Assembly (NCBI RefSeq): GCF_963676685.1
Contig: NC_092346.1
Coordinates: forward strand, 105,834,001 to 105,898,000
DNA length: 64,000 nt
Direction: 5' to 3'
Origin: Mytilus edulis
Lineage: Eukaryota
Shown here: positions 24,051 to 36,400 of the stretch, piece by piece
Layout of the letters: every line of letters starts with the position of its first letter
How positions within the stretch are numbered: position 1 is the first letter of the stretch
The notes under the pieces: model-generated
The model's input: the letters and a program-made list of their open reading frames with translations, nothing else
What the model was told of the DNA's origin: nothing
Database searches by the model: none
Position numbers and translations under genes: made by a program

Positions 24051-25910
24051 CAACGTTAATCCTCTTTGTATATTGTTTTACATTTCATTTATGACAAGAA
24101 ATTGACACAGATGGACAACTATAATAATGTAGGATATAACAAACATGACTATTTCAGTTTCGCAATGTCCAATTTTTCTCAGCAATTATACTCCCTGTCT
24201 TCAAATGGCGTTAACATATCTGTTTTACTAATGTATTATGGTTCACATTACTTGGATTTTATAAACTTAAGTGTTCTTCTGACGGAAAAACCTATATTGG
24301 CAAGTTATCATACTTATAACGAATAATTATGCGGACTGTGTTTTTTGATTGAGTTAAGCATTCCAATTGATATTTTATCGTGTGTTTTCTATATTGTGAT
24401 GTTATACTATTGTTTCAGAAAAAGGGAGAAGGTTTGGTACCACTAAAACGTTTAATCCCGCTGAAAATGTTTGCACCTGTCCTAAGTCAGGAATCTGATG
24501 TACAGTAGTTGTCGTTTGTTTATGTTATTTATACGTGTTTCTCGTTTCTCGTTCTCATTGACACTCACACCACATCTTCCTATATCGGTAAGCTGTGTCT
24601 GTGTCTCATACCACGCGGTCGTAGATCTTTCACAAATTAGAACAGTCTTCGTATTTCCCTTTGTTATAGTTTTGCTAAACTTGCTTTACATTTCGATTGA
24701 TGCATGAATATTGAGAGCTGATTGTCCCAAAGAAGCAAGTTCATGCGATTTCGAGGTTTTTTTTAAGTAAAGAAACAAAAAATGAGCCTATGAAATAAAT
24801 GGCTGTTCTACACATTTCGAATTACGTTTAGTAATCGTTCTTCATGCCAACTATTACAAGACGAAGTATCTATATTGCAGACTTTTTGTAGTTCGAACCT
24901 CTTTTACAGACACAATATAAAAAAGAAGATGTGGTATGATTGCCAATGTTTAGTTATGATTGCTGATCTTCTGTAATTCAACCTACTGTTACAGGACAAA
25001 GGGTTTACTAATGACGACATATATTCAGTGTTTAGATCTTTTGAGAGATCTGTAGTTCAAAATATACCATTGGTAGACAATGTTTGGTTTTGTGACAGAT
25101 CTTCTACAGCCAAACTACTGCTAAGAGACTAAGTGTTTGTCTTTTATTAAGAGGACAAACGATGATATATTAGAATACAGAAGATATAATGGATGTAAAT
25201 ATGTGAAAAATTAGCAGATTTAGGAGATGATAGACATATGGTATGGTCAAATTGAGTAGATTTAGAGGATTCATATATGGAAATTGAGCAGATTTTTACG
25301 ATTACAGACAATTTGTGAATATTGCATAGATTAAGAGATTGACAGATTGAACAGGTATTCACGATGACATATGGTATGTTAAATATTGTTTAGATTTATA
25401 CGATTACACTTGATATGTGAATATTGAGTAGATTTAGAGAACACATATATTGACATTGAGCAGATTTTGATGATTACAGACGATTTGTGAATAGTACGAA
25501 GATTAAGAGGATGCCACGATTTATGATATGTGTATTTGTGTAATGACGAACATAAAATCTTAAATATACACAAATAATGCGATGAGTATGCATGAACTGA
25601 TACTTAGTACACTTGATGATGTTACCCAAAACGAATCCAGGTAGATACAATATCTCCAAAACGATATTTTATTTCAGTTAAAAATCAGTTGAAAAAAATC
25701 TCTTTTATGTGAGTTGAAGGCCGTACAGTGCCATTAAGTTTCGCTTCATTTTGGACTATGCTAGATAATTTCATCATTGGTACTATTCCTCATCTCCTTA
25801 TTATCTACTAATTTTGTAAAAGCCTTTGTCTAAAAAGAAATCGTGCTAAAAAAAAAGTTAGAATACAGAATAAAAAATTATAACAGAACAAATGTAAATA
25901 TCTTGAAATT

Positions 25911-28900
25911 TTATTTTTTATGTAATAAAATGACTCCAAAGTTATTGCCGACTCCCCACAATCTTAACTTGGTACTTTGTGTTTCAATACGTATGGATAA
26001 CGTTTGACCTTTGTTTATAATAAATGTGCCTAACGTGGCACATGATTTTTCTGTGAAGTTTTGTTGTCTATCAGCTAGATCTAGTTCATGTCCCATGTAG
26101 ACACCGTCTTGACAAGTCATTATCTGTTTGTCATCTAAGAAGATGGCAGCTCTTTCCTCTAAATTAGTTGGAATGAATAGTATCTGAAAACAAGATGACA
26201 ATTATAACATTGTAGATGACTGACACTGAATCTAATAGTACCTATTTCAAATATTATGTCCAGCAAAGCAACATGAAATTGTGTGACAATATATCAAATC
26301 ATATTCTCTTTGGCATTGGGTTGCTGTCTTGATGATATAAATCCAACACTCATATATTTAAAAATTTAAAGAACGTATGCATTTCATTTGTCATCAAATT
26401 GTGTCTCGGCGATGGAATACGAGTTAGCCTTTCACAGATACCATTACATTGGTTGTGTTGTACATTTGATAAAGTATAATAACAAAAATTTTGAACTTCG
26501 AGAAATATTCTAAACGGAAGTCCCTAAGTAAATGACACTTTGTACATTCATCATGTTGTTCACTAAAGTGATCTTATAAATTTGTTTTTTGACTTTGCAT
26601 ATTCTTGACGTTGAATACATGACTAAACTAGTAACTTTAGGTTTGTGTGCAAGAAAGCCATAATATATAACTTAATCTATATTTTGGAATAATACATCAG
26701 ACACAAAGTTTACGACAAAGTTAGTTTAGTACATTTATTATCTTATATGGAATTTGGTATTTCTTTATTGTTTTGGCATTATGCATTTTCCTCAAGATAT
26801 TAGCTATACTTAAACCACTTACATTCAGATACACTAGATATAAACCATCATATTTTACTTTATATTTCCCATGCTTAGATGTCAGCTCCAGTGGCGACAT
26901 CTCTTTTGGTGACGATAGTTTCCATGGTACACGAAGAGTCTTTTCTGTATTTTTATAGAAATGTATACAATGTTTTCAATTGATTTTGATTAGCAAACAA
27001 GACATACGGATACGCATACTTTTTATTAATTTCAATTATTTTCCAATTAACTTTTGGTACATCCGGGTTATGTTATAGGTTTTATGTTTTGTCATTCTAT
27101 TGTCAGGTCAAAACAAAACATTATTAGAAAAACAATCTTTTGATTGTCAATTTTAATATATGTTTTAAGGTCGTTTGAACTTATATTAACATTTGTAATC
27201 GTATAAAAACACGTTTTCGTTCAATTATAATGATATCATTAATGTGTTTAATCTGTATCGTGATAAGAAAAAAATAATTGCACAGGTTTATATAATTTAT
27301 GATCGTCTGATTAACACAAAAAACAACAAATCAGATTAATTTTGTTTACATCGAGTGTTAAACCATCATGTGTGTAGATTCATCTTGTGTCTGAAGCAAA
27401 AAGACTAACACTATTAAAGCTTCTTATAAACAGGTGATAAAAAGGTACAATGTGTAGAGATAACTGCTCGTATACATCATGGAAACAGAATTCTATTTTA
27501 GTTTATGTTTACGATATCTTCTTCATTTATATCCTTTAGAACTTTCAAATGTTTTACCTGATTGTCTACTGTCCCTCTCATAAGTCTTATTGGTTGAACT
27601 TTCAAATGTTATACCTGATTGTCTATTGTCGCTCTCATAAGTCTTATTGGTTGAACTTTAAAATGTTATACCTGATTGTCTACTGTCGCTTTCATAAGTC
27701 TTATTGTTGTATGTTTTACCTGATTGTCTACTGTCGCTTTCATACGTCTTATTGTTGTAACAAACTAATCCACCAAATTCTTTATAACATTCTGAAAATA
27801 TTTGGGATCTAAATCAAAATATTTCACAATAGATATCAATAACATAAACACATATTCATCATCACTTATGAACTTGTACCGATATATAAACTCTCTCATT
27901 TTTATTTGTTACTTTGACTTTTATCTTCTTAATTTTTGAGATTTGCCCAACTGTAGTTAACTTCTGTCGAACTTTGATATATAACAAGTTTCGTTTTCAG
28001 GATGCCACTAATCTTTCATTACATGTACGTCTACCTTCCAGGTGTATTTTCACATTGTTGTACTTACTGTCAATAGCCATCAATAGTTTTTTCGACATTG
28101 TAGTATTTATACGAAAATCAAGCTCCACATGGGCTGCTTGTAATGCTGCCTGCAATAAAAGTATCTTGTCTGAGTACAACTTAAAATTTAACTGAAAAAG
28201 GGATATTTTTTTTTATTATTATTTCAAATAGAAAAATTGTTTTGCCATAACTTAATTGGTTTTTTTTTTTATTCTAAAGAGAATACCGCGTTAATGGTAG
28301 TTCATTGAAAGTCCTTATATAATTTATTTACCATCGGCAATTTGATGGAACATCTATTTCGACGATGACAAAGAATATGTTCATTTCGTCGTAAACACAA
28401 TCCCATCCTCCTTTTCCCCGAACGTGACATAACGAATTAGACTTATTACCGGGTTGGTACGTTTTGCACAACACGACAGGTGCCACGTATGGAGCATGAT
28501 CTGATTAACCTTGAGAGCACCTGAGATCACCCCGAGGTTTTTAAGTGGTGTTCCTCAGTATTAAGTCATGTTAGTTGTTTATGTTGTTTTCAGTATATCG
28601 GATTGTATTTGCCATTGCGGTGCTAGTCTATTTTTCGACATGAATTTTACCTTGACACAATAACACGTGACTATTATTATAAACTGTAAATATCTAAATT
28701 ATTTTGAATAAGTTGAAATGTTTGTTTTCTGTTTCATTTACGTATACTGTACACATTGAATTCGTTAACGTAATTAATAAATTTCGTGAAATAAAGTATT
28801 TTTAGGCAGAAAAAAACATCTTGTGAAAAAAGTTTCGATACAAAAAAAATAAAGTATCAAAAACAAATGAAAAGTTACGCGCAAATTGTATGCGTCCGTA

Positions 28901-29997
28901 GCGCGTTATCCGATTAACGTTCCACAGGAACGACCACAGATAAAGTTCCACCTGTTGTGTTTGATCATTCAACGGTTTATTTTTAATCCACTCTACGCAT
29001 TTATCACTTAACTGATGTATAATGTGAATATTTTATCGTGTCTTCCTTATTTGGGTGAAATATCATCATTGTAACTTTATCAAAATTTAAGTTAGTGGGT
29101 ACCTCTTTTGAACTGACTATCGCCTTATTGCGCAGCTTCTTCCGACATTTCCTCAGGTATCGTTTTTCTTTCTTGCATTTTTTCTTATCTTAAATATGAA
29201 GACGGTGTCTAATCCTTATGTAGATAAATCAATTTAAAAATATTTCAAGAAGAAAAATAGCAAATTAAACACACAATAAACAGTAAATTCAGATTTATAT
29301 CATAGTTTAAGTTATAGTTATAATTTTACATTATTATTATTATTTGAAGAAAATAACCCAACAATTGTACATGGTTTCAGAAATGCAATGTCATTTAAAA
29401 AAAAGTACAAAAACCATACCTTTATCTGCAAATCTTTTATGGCGAAAATATTGATCGTCGGAAGCTTTGTTTTCTGTGCCATCATCGTCCTGTACATTTT
29501 TATGCATAGGATCATGCTCTCTTGTATTCTGACAAAGTTAAAACATAAACCATAAGTTTAAGAAGTATATTACATAATAGCTTTGTCAAAACAAATGAAG
29601 GAAATTAATAGTTAGACATAAAACACCGTAAAATTGATGTGGACAAACTGTATGTTATATCTTTGTGCAATATTAATAGTTTTTGAGAGAAGATATATTC
29701 AAATATAAAATGTTTGTTATTTCGTGTTTGATGAGGAGTTATCTGAGCAGATATCATAAATATTGGATGTGCTTCTTTTTATATTACATAATTGAGAAAT
29801 TCATAAGCATATAAGAAAGAGATTACCTGAACTGGTATATGGCCGTCTATCAAAATGTCTTGTACAGATTTACGCAGAACAACAACATCGTTTGAAAGTC
29901 GCGCTATTTCTTTGGACGACCATAAAATGTAAAAACATATAATAAAATATCCGAAATTTTGAATGCATACGGGTGCATTATTTTGAGTAACTTTCAT
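25911..29997 (-). CDS. TNF-superfamily ligand (EF-disulfide/Eiger-EDA-like THD) with basic stalk, ~304 aa, 7 coding exons
   Basis: Exons: 29997-29827 (hydrophobic FGYFIICFYILW), 29528-29420 (furin RHKR), 29188-29103 (KKKCKKEKRYLRKCRKKLRNK), 28149-28068 (LQAAHV), 27791-27720 (CYKEFGGLVCYNNKT), 26944-26823 (W...GKYKVKYDGLYLVYLN), 26183-25911 (MTC...KSC...NNFGVILL, TAA). Phases consistent; 915 nt total. Confidence 0.87.
27538..27758. repeat. 4-copy tandem duplication (48/57-bp period) of a TNF exon 3' end plus donor site
   Basis: TACCTGATTGTCTACTGTCGCTYTCATAAGTCTTATTG repeated; the rightmost copy is the exon end at 27720. Confidence 0.85.
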
Positions 29998-30442
29998 GAC
30001 TTGAATAAAGTTAAGCCCTATAGCTACATAAGGTCATAAGAACGTATAATTAAGATTTGTGAAATTCAAAATGTAAACACAGGTGACCGGATTATGATTT
30101 CCGCCTTTTTTTACCTTGACACAATAAATTATTCGAAGTCGGATAAAGCACATAATAAATTAAGCTTGAAGGGTGACGCTTTAAATACTGACAATGAACT
30201 AAGACTTCAGATTAAAATGTTGCATAATAAGGTTGGGTAAAAATATTTGATTATACATTTTCTATTTTATTTTATTTATTCTTGTTTCTTTTCAAAGTAA
30301 CTTTACATATGTTAAGACATACAAGCAGGTGTTAACAATACAGTTATCATATCCACATGGTTATACATTATTCAGTGCTATAGTCATTTATAAAAAATCA
30401 AAAAAAAAAAAAAGACGCACTTTTATGTTGAGATTAAAAACA

Positions 30443-33400
30443 TTATGCAAGTAAAACAGCTCCAAAGTTTGTATTATAGCTATCCAGGTATATTTCGGTG
30501 TTCCTGGTGACTATCTTAACGGTAATTGTTTGACTTCGCTCGACGTAAAACACTCCCGATACACTACAGGTTTTAGCCTTTGAGTTAGTAGACACAGATG
30601 CGGTACCTCTGACATAGTCTAAATTTTCACGACAAACTAATTTTTTGTCATCCGCTATAAATATTCCAACGTCGTGTTTAGAAAGTGTTGCACTGATAAG
30701 AACCTACAACATATATTAAGAAAAGTATACAATTAGAATGCGTTTTGTAATAATAACTTCATGTTGGAAATCTGTATAAAAAATATAATTTTTTGGAAAA
30801 TGCCTTTTGGATTGTTTTTTAAATAGAAAAAAGTTAGCATCATGTCTGTCTTTAAAATATCCACAAATAAATTACAACTAAACGTTGAGCAAACAAATAT
30901 TAAACAAGCCATTAAACCAAGAGTTCAAAATAGAGTTGAAATCATCTCTTCGTAAATTTTACGGAGAACATCACGAGTTGGTTGACAGTTATGGAATATC
31001 CGTTTCACAGATAATATCGGATATGTTATGTCGTAACTACAATCGCGTTCCCTATTCACGAATGTGACTTACCGAATTAGACTATTTACCGGGTGTGTAA
31101 TAAAATGAGCAACACGACGGTTGCCACATGTGGAGCAGGACGGAGCACCTGCAATCACCCCCAGTTTTTGGTTGTGTTCGTGTTGCTTAGTCCTTAGTTT
31201 TATATGTTGTGTCTTGTGTACTATTTGTCTTTTTCTTTTTTATCCATGGCGTTGTCGTATCTTTTACTCCTTTTTAAATAATGGATTCAACAATAAAATA
31301 ATTTCGCTCTAAATATATGCCCGAAATGAAAAATACAAAAATAAATCATTGCTATGGTGTAGGAAAATTAAAATAATTCCTTTGACTATTCAACTGTTAA
31401 TCCTTTAATCCAACTCTCCTACAGCTACTGTTTTCATATTGTTAATGAATATGAACAAAATCAATTTAGATACATATACATATACATATGTGTGGAACTC
31501 ATACCACATCTTCCTATATCTATATTATTTACAAACTATTACATTTAGATACATAAGATATAATCCTCCAGTTTCCACTGTAAATATTCCAGGGCTTGGT
31601 TTGTTCATTCCGAGTGAAAGTACATCTCTATTGTGAGTCTTTGTCCATTGAGCTTTTTTCCAAAATTCTATAATTCTATTAGAATCTATAAATAAGGAAC
31701 AAATTCAGTTCGCAGCATGTGCAAGGTCTTTTGAGATAAATGAAATGGTATGTATATACCAATATACACCAAATGTTAACTTGAATGTAATGATTCAACA
31801 GCAGTATTATACTGATAAGTGAATGGACCTAGACCTCCTGGTAGGTAAAAGTTCCAGAGTCTTTTTATAATTATAAAAAAAAACCATTTGACTTTTCTAC
31901 GCTTCGCACAAGTATTCCTCATTCCAAACTAAAAGACAAATTGAAAAGTTCGTATCACTTTGTTTCATAAAAAGAATGGCCAACGTAGATACAAGTATCT
32001 TGTCTTAGGGAGGGATAAATCCTACTTTGTAAAGGATCACTCTGATTCAAACAAAAAATTCTCTGAAACTGATATTATCAAGATGCTTGATTTCTTGATT
32101 GACAGCATATTTGTTACGTTCGGGGGACGTGTTTTTCAACAGACTGTCGGCATTCCAATGGGAACAAATTGTGCCCCTCTTATTGTCGACTTGTTACTTT
32201 ATTAATAGGAGGCTGACTTCATACAGGAACTTCATAGGAAGAAAGATAAAAAGTTAGCAATATCCTTTAACTCTACTTTGCGCTATATAGAGGATGTTCT
32301 TTCACTAAATAATTCAAAATTTGGTGACTATTTGGTGACACATCTATCCCATCGAACTAGAGATAAAAGATACTACAGATACAGTTAAGTCGGCCTCATA
32401 TCTTGACTTACATCTAGAAATTGACAACGAGGGTCGATTGAAAACAAAACTTTACGACAAAAGAGATGATTTCAACTTTTCAATTGTGAACTTTCCATTT
32501 CTGAGTAGCAACATTCAAGCAGCACCTGCATACGTGGTATATATCTCCCAATTGAAACGATATTCCCGAGCTTGCATTTCCTATCATGATTTTCTTGATA
32601 GAGGGTTACTGCTCACAAGGAAGCTATTAAACCAAGAGTTCCATATCGTGAAGTTGAAATCATCCCTTTGTAAATTTTACGGACGCCATCACGAGTGGGT
32701 TGACCGTTATGAAATAACCGTTTCACAAATGATATCGGATATGTTTCTTACGTCATAACTACAATCCCCTTCCCTTTCATGAATGTGACCTACCGAATTA
32801 GACTATTTACCGGATTTGTTATCACATAAGCAACACGACGGGTGACACATGTGGAGCAGGATCTGCTTACCCTTCCGGAGAACCTGAGATCACCCCTAGT
32901 GTTTGGTGGGGTTCGTGTTGCTTATTGAGTTTTCAATGTTGTGTCATGTGTACTATTGTTCGTCTGTTTGTCCTTTTCTTTTTTAGCCATGGCGTTGTAA
33001 GTTCATTTTCGATTTATGAGTTTGACTGTCCCTCTGGTATCTTTCGTTCGTCTTTTATTAACTATCAATATCAGAAGACCAGTTGAACTATAATTAAGAT
33101 GTGCCCAAGAGTAGGTTATATTTTTAAATTATTAAACGTTATCTTTGTCAGAGGGAAGTCTGCAGAAAACAAAAATATGTATGTATGGTTTAATAGAAAT
33201 TGTTGCAAAAATAATTCATTGGAAATCATCTGGTTTTATTTTTATTTAGAGCGTAGGTCGTTTTTGCTTGCTTTAAAAACTAAAAACAAAGTGTTGAATT
33301 TCATACAATACTCAATTTGCAATTTTATTTTGTTTATTTCTGTACACTTTCATAATTCTTTTTCTGTTGTTCCCTTGTTTTCCTCTTATAGTTTCCCTCG

Positions 33401-36400
33401 GTTTTAGTTTGTAATCCGGATTTGTTTTCTCTCAAACGATTTATGACTTTTGAACAGCGGTATACTACTGTTGCCTTTATTTATTCAAAGCGAAATGAAT
33501 CATACCTATATTCTTAAATGTATTATTCCTACACATCAAACCGTGCCATTTGTTTACACACATTGCATCTAGAATAAAAAGAGATACCATTATCATACTG
33601 AAAAATATCTAGTTAACGTGTTAGAGATATTTAAAACAAAAGTATGTCACTGTATAAGTAGCTAATATGATAGAAAATAACCAAAGGATGTTTGATCAAA
33701 ATGCAAAATATATATTATTATTTGTTTGTTGCACATAATTTGTTTATTTTTAAGAGCTTTTGATTTTCCATTTGATAAGATACTTTTCGTATTGAATTTT
33801 CCTCACAGTTTAGTATTTTTGTTATTTTACTTTTTTCACATAATATTTTATATCATATGTTGAAATGATGTCTTTTGAAAATTATTTGACTTTACGATAG
33901 ATAATTGGAAAGCACTCCAGACGTATATATGTATAAAGCGGTATTTTTATTTTCTTTTGACATAAGTAATGTCTTTGTCTTGCTCATCTTTGTTCTGTGT
34001 TAAAGTAAACTGAATTGAAGTGGTGTAATAAACATATAATTATATAAGTTTCAATTATGTATTCACAAAAAGTGTAGAGTAACACGAGTCATTGTAGTTG
34101 TTTAACAGTGCTAAATATCGCTACATTTTATTTTGTTATAGTGCAACTTACGGAGGTAAATTATTGAAATAAAGAAACACGGAGACCCCCAGCAGAGATG
34201 AAACAATTAGGAATAGGAAACAATCTGTGCAGTTAAAGATCAGATGACTATATTGGAATCTAAAGATCTAAGACCACGAAAACATGTCACTAGAGAGTTG
34301 GGTATAGACACATCTTATTGGTGATACAATTTGTGACCGTTTAACCTGTGTAATGTCGATATCAGTCAATATACGTAAACGTTTGACCGTTTAACCTGTG
34401 TAATGCCGATATCAGTCAATATAAGTAAACGTTTGACCGTTTAACCTGTGTAATGCCGATATCAGTCAATATAAGTAAACGTTTGACCGTTTAACCTGTG
34501 TAATGTCGATATCAGTCAATATAAGTAAACGTTTGACCGTTTAACCTGTGTAATGCCGATATCAGTCAATATAAGTAAACGTTTGACCGTTTAACCTGTG
34601 TAATGTCGATATCAGTCAATATACGTAAACGTTTGACCGTTTAACCTGTGTAATGTCGATATCAGTCAATATACGTAAACGTTTGACCGTTTAACCTGTG
34701 TAATGCCGATATCAGTCAATATAAGTAAACGTTTGACCGTTTAACCTGTGTAATGCCGATATCAGTCAATATAAGTAAACGTTTGACCGTTTAACCTGTG
34801 TAATGTCGATATCAGTCAATATAAGTAAACGTTTGACCGTTTAACCTGTGTAATGTCGATATCAGTCAATATAAGTAAACGTTTGACCGTTTAACCTGTG
34901 TAATGCCGATATCAGTCAATATAAGTAAACGTTTGACCGTTTAACCTGTGTAATGCCGATATCAGTCAATATAAGTAAACGTTTGACCGTTTAACCTGTG
35001 TAATGCCGATATCAGTCAATATAAGTAAACGTTTGACCGTTTAACCTGTGTAATGCCGATATCAGTCAATATACGTAAACGTTTGACCGTTTAACCTGTG
35101 TAATGCCGATATCAGTCAATATAAGTAAACGTTTGACCGTTTAACCTGTGTAATGCCGATATCAGTCAATATAAGTAAACGTTTGACCGTTTAACCTGTG
35201 TAATGCCGATATCAGTCAATATAAGTAAACGTTTGACCGTTTAACCTGTGTAATGCCGATATCAGTCAATATACGTAAACGTTTGACCGTTTAACCTGTG
35301 TAATGCCGATATCAGTCAATATAAGTAAACGTTTGACCGTTTAACCTGTGTAATGCCGATATCAGTCAATATAAGTAAACGTTTGACCGTTTAACCTGTG
35401 TAATGTCGATATCAGTCAATATAAGTAAACGTTTGACCGTTTAACCTGTGTAATGCCGATATCAATATAAGTAAACGTTTGACCGTTTAACCTGTGTAAT
35501 GTCGATATCAGTCAATATAAGTAAACGTTTGACCGTTTAACCTGTGTAATGTCGATATCAGTCAATATAAGTAAACGTTTGACCGTTTAACCTGTGTAAT
35601 GCCGATATCAGTCAATATAAGTAAACGTTTGACCGTTTAACCTGTGTAATGCCGACATCAGTCAATATAAGTAAACGTTTGACCGTTTAACCTGTGTAAT
35701 GCCGACATCAGTCAATATAAGTAAACGTTTGACCGTTTAACCTGTGTAATGCCGACATCAGTCAATATAAGTAAACGTTTGACCGTTTAACCTGTGTAAT
35801 GCCGATATCAGTCAATATAAGTAAACGTTTGACCGTTTAAGCTGTGTAATGCCGATATCAGTCAATATAAGTAAACGTTTGACCGTTTAACCTGTGTAAT
35901 GCCGATATCAGTCAATATAAGTAAACGTTTGACCGTTTAACCTGTGTAATGCCGATATCAGTCAATATAAGTAAACGTTTGACCGTTTAACCTGTGTAAT
36001 GCCGATATCAGTCAATATAAGTAAACGTTATTTAACCTGTGTAATGCCGATATCAGTCAATATAAGTAAACGTTTGACCGTTTAACCTGTGTAATGCCGA
36101 TATCAGTCAATATAAGTAAACGTTTGACCGTTTAACCTGTGTAATGCCGATATCAGTCAATATAAGTAAACGTTATTTAACCTGTGTAATGCCGATATCA
36201 GTCAATATAAGTAAACGTTTGACCGTTTAACCTGTGTAATGCCGAAATCAGTCAATATAAGTAAACGTTATTTAACCTGTGTAATGCCGATATCAGTCAA
36301 TATAAGTAAACGTTATTTAACCTGTGTAATGCCGATATCAGTCAATATAAGTAAACGTTTGACCGTTTAACCTGTGTAATGCCGATATCAGTCAATATAA

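Noticed and set aside
27340-27390. Alternative TNF exon with in-frame TGA
   Set aside because: No good donor, and the true homologous exon 27791-27720 fits motif and phase.
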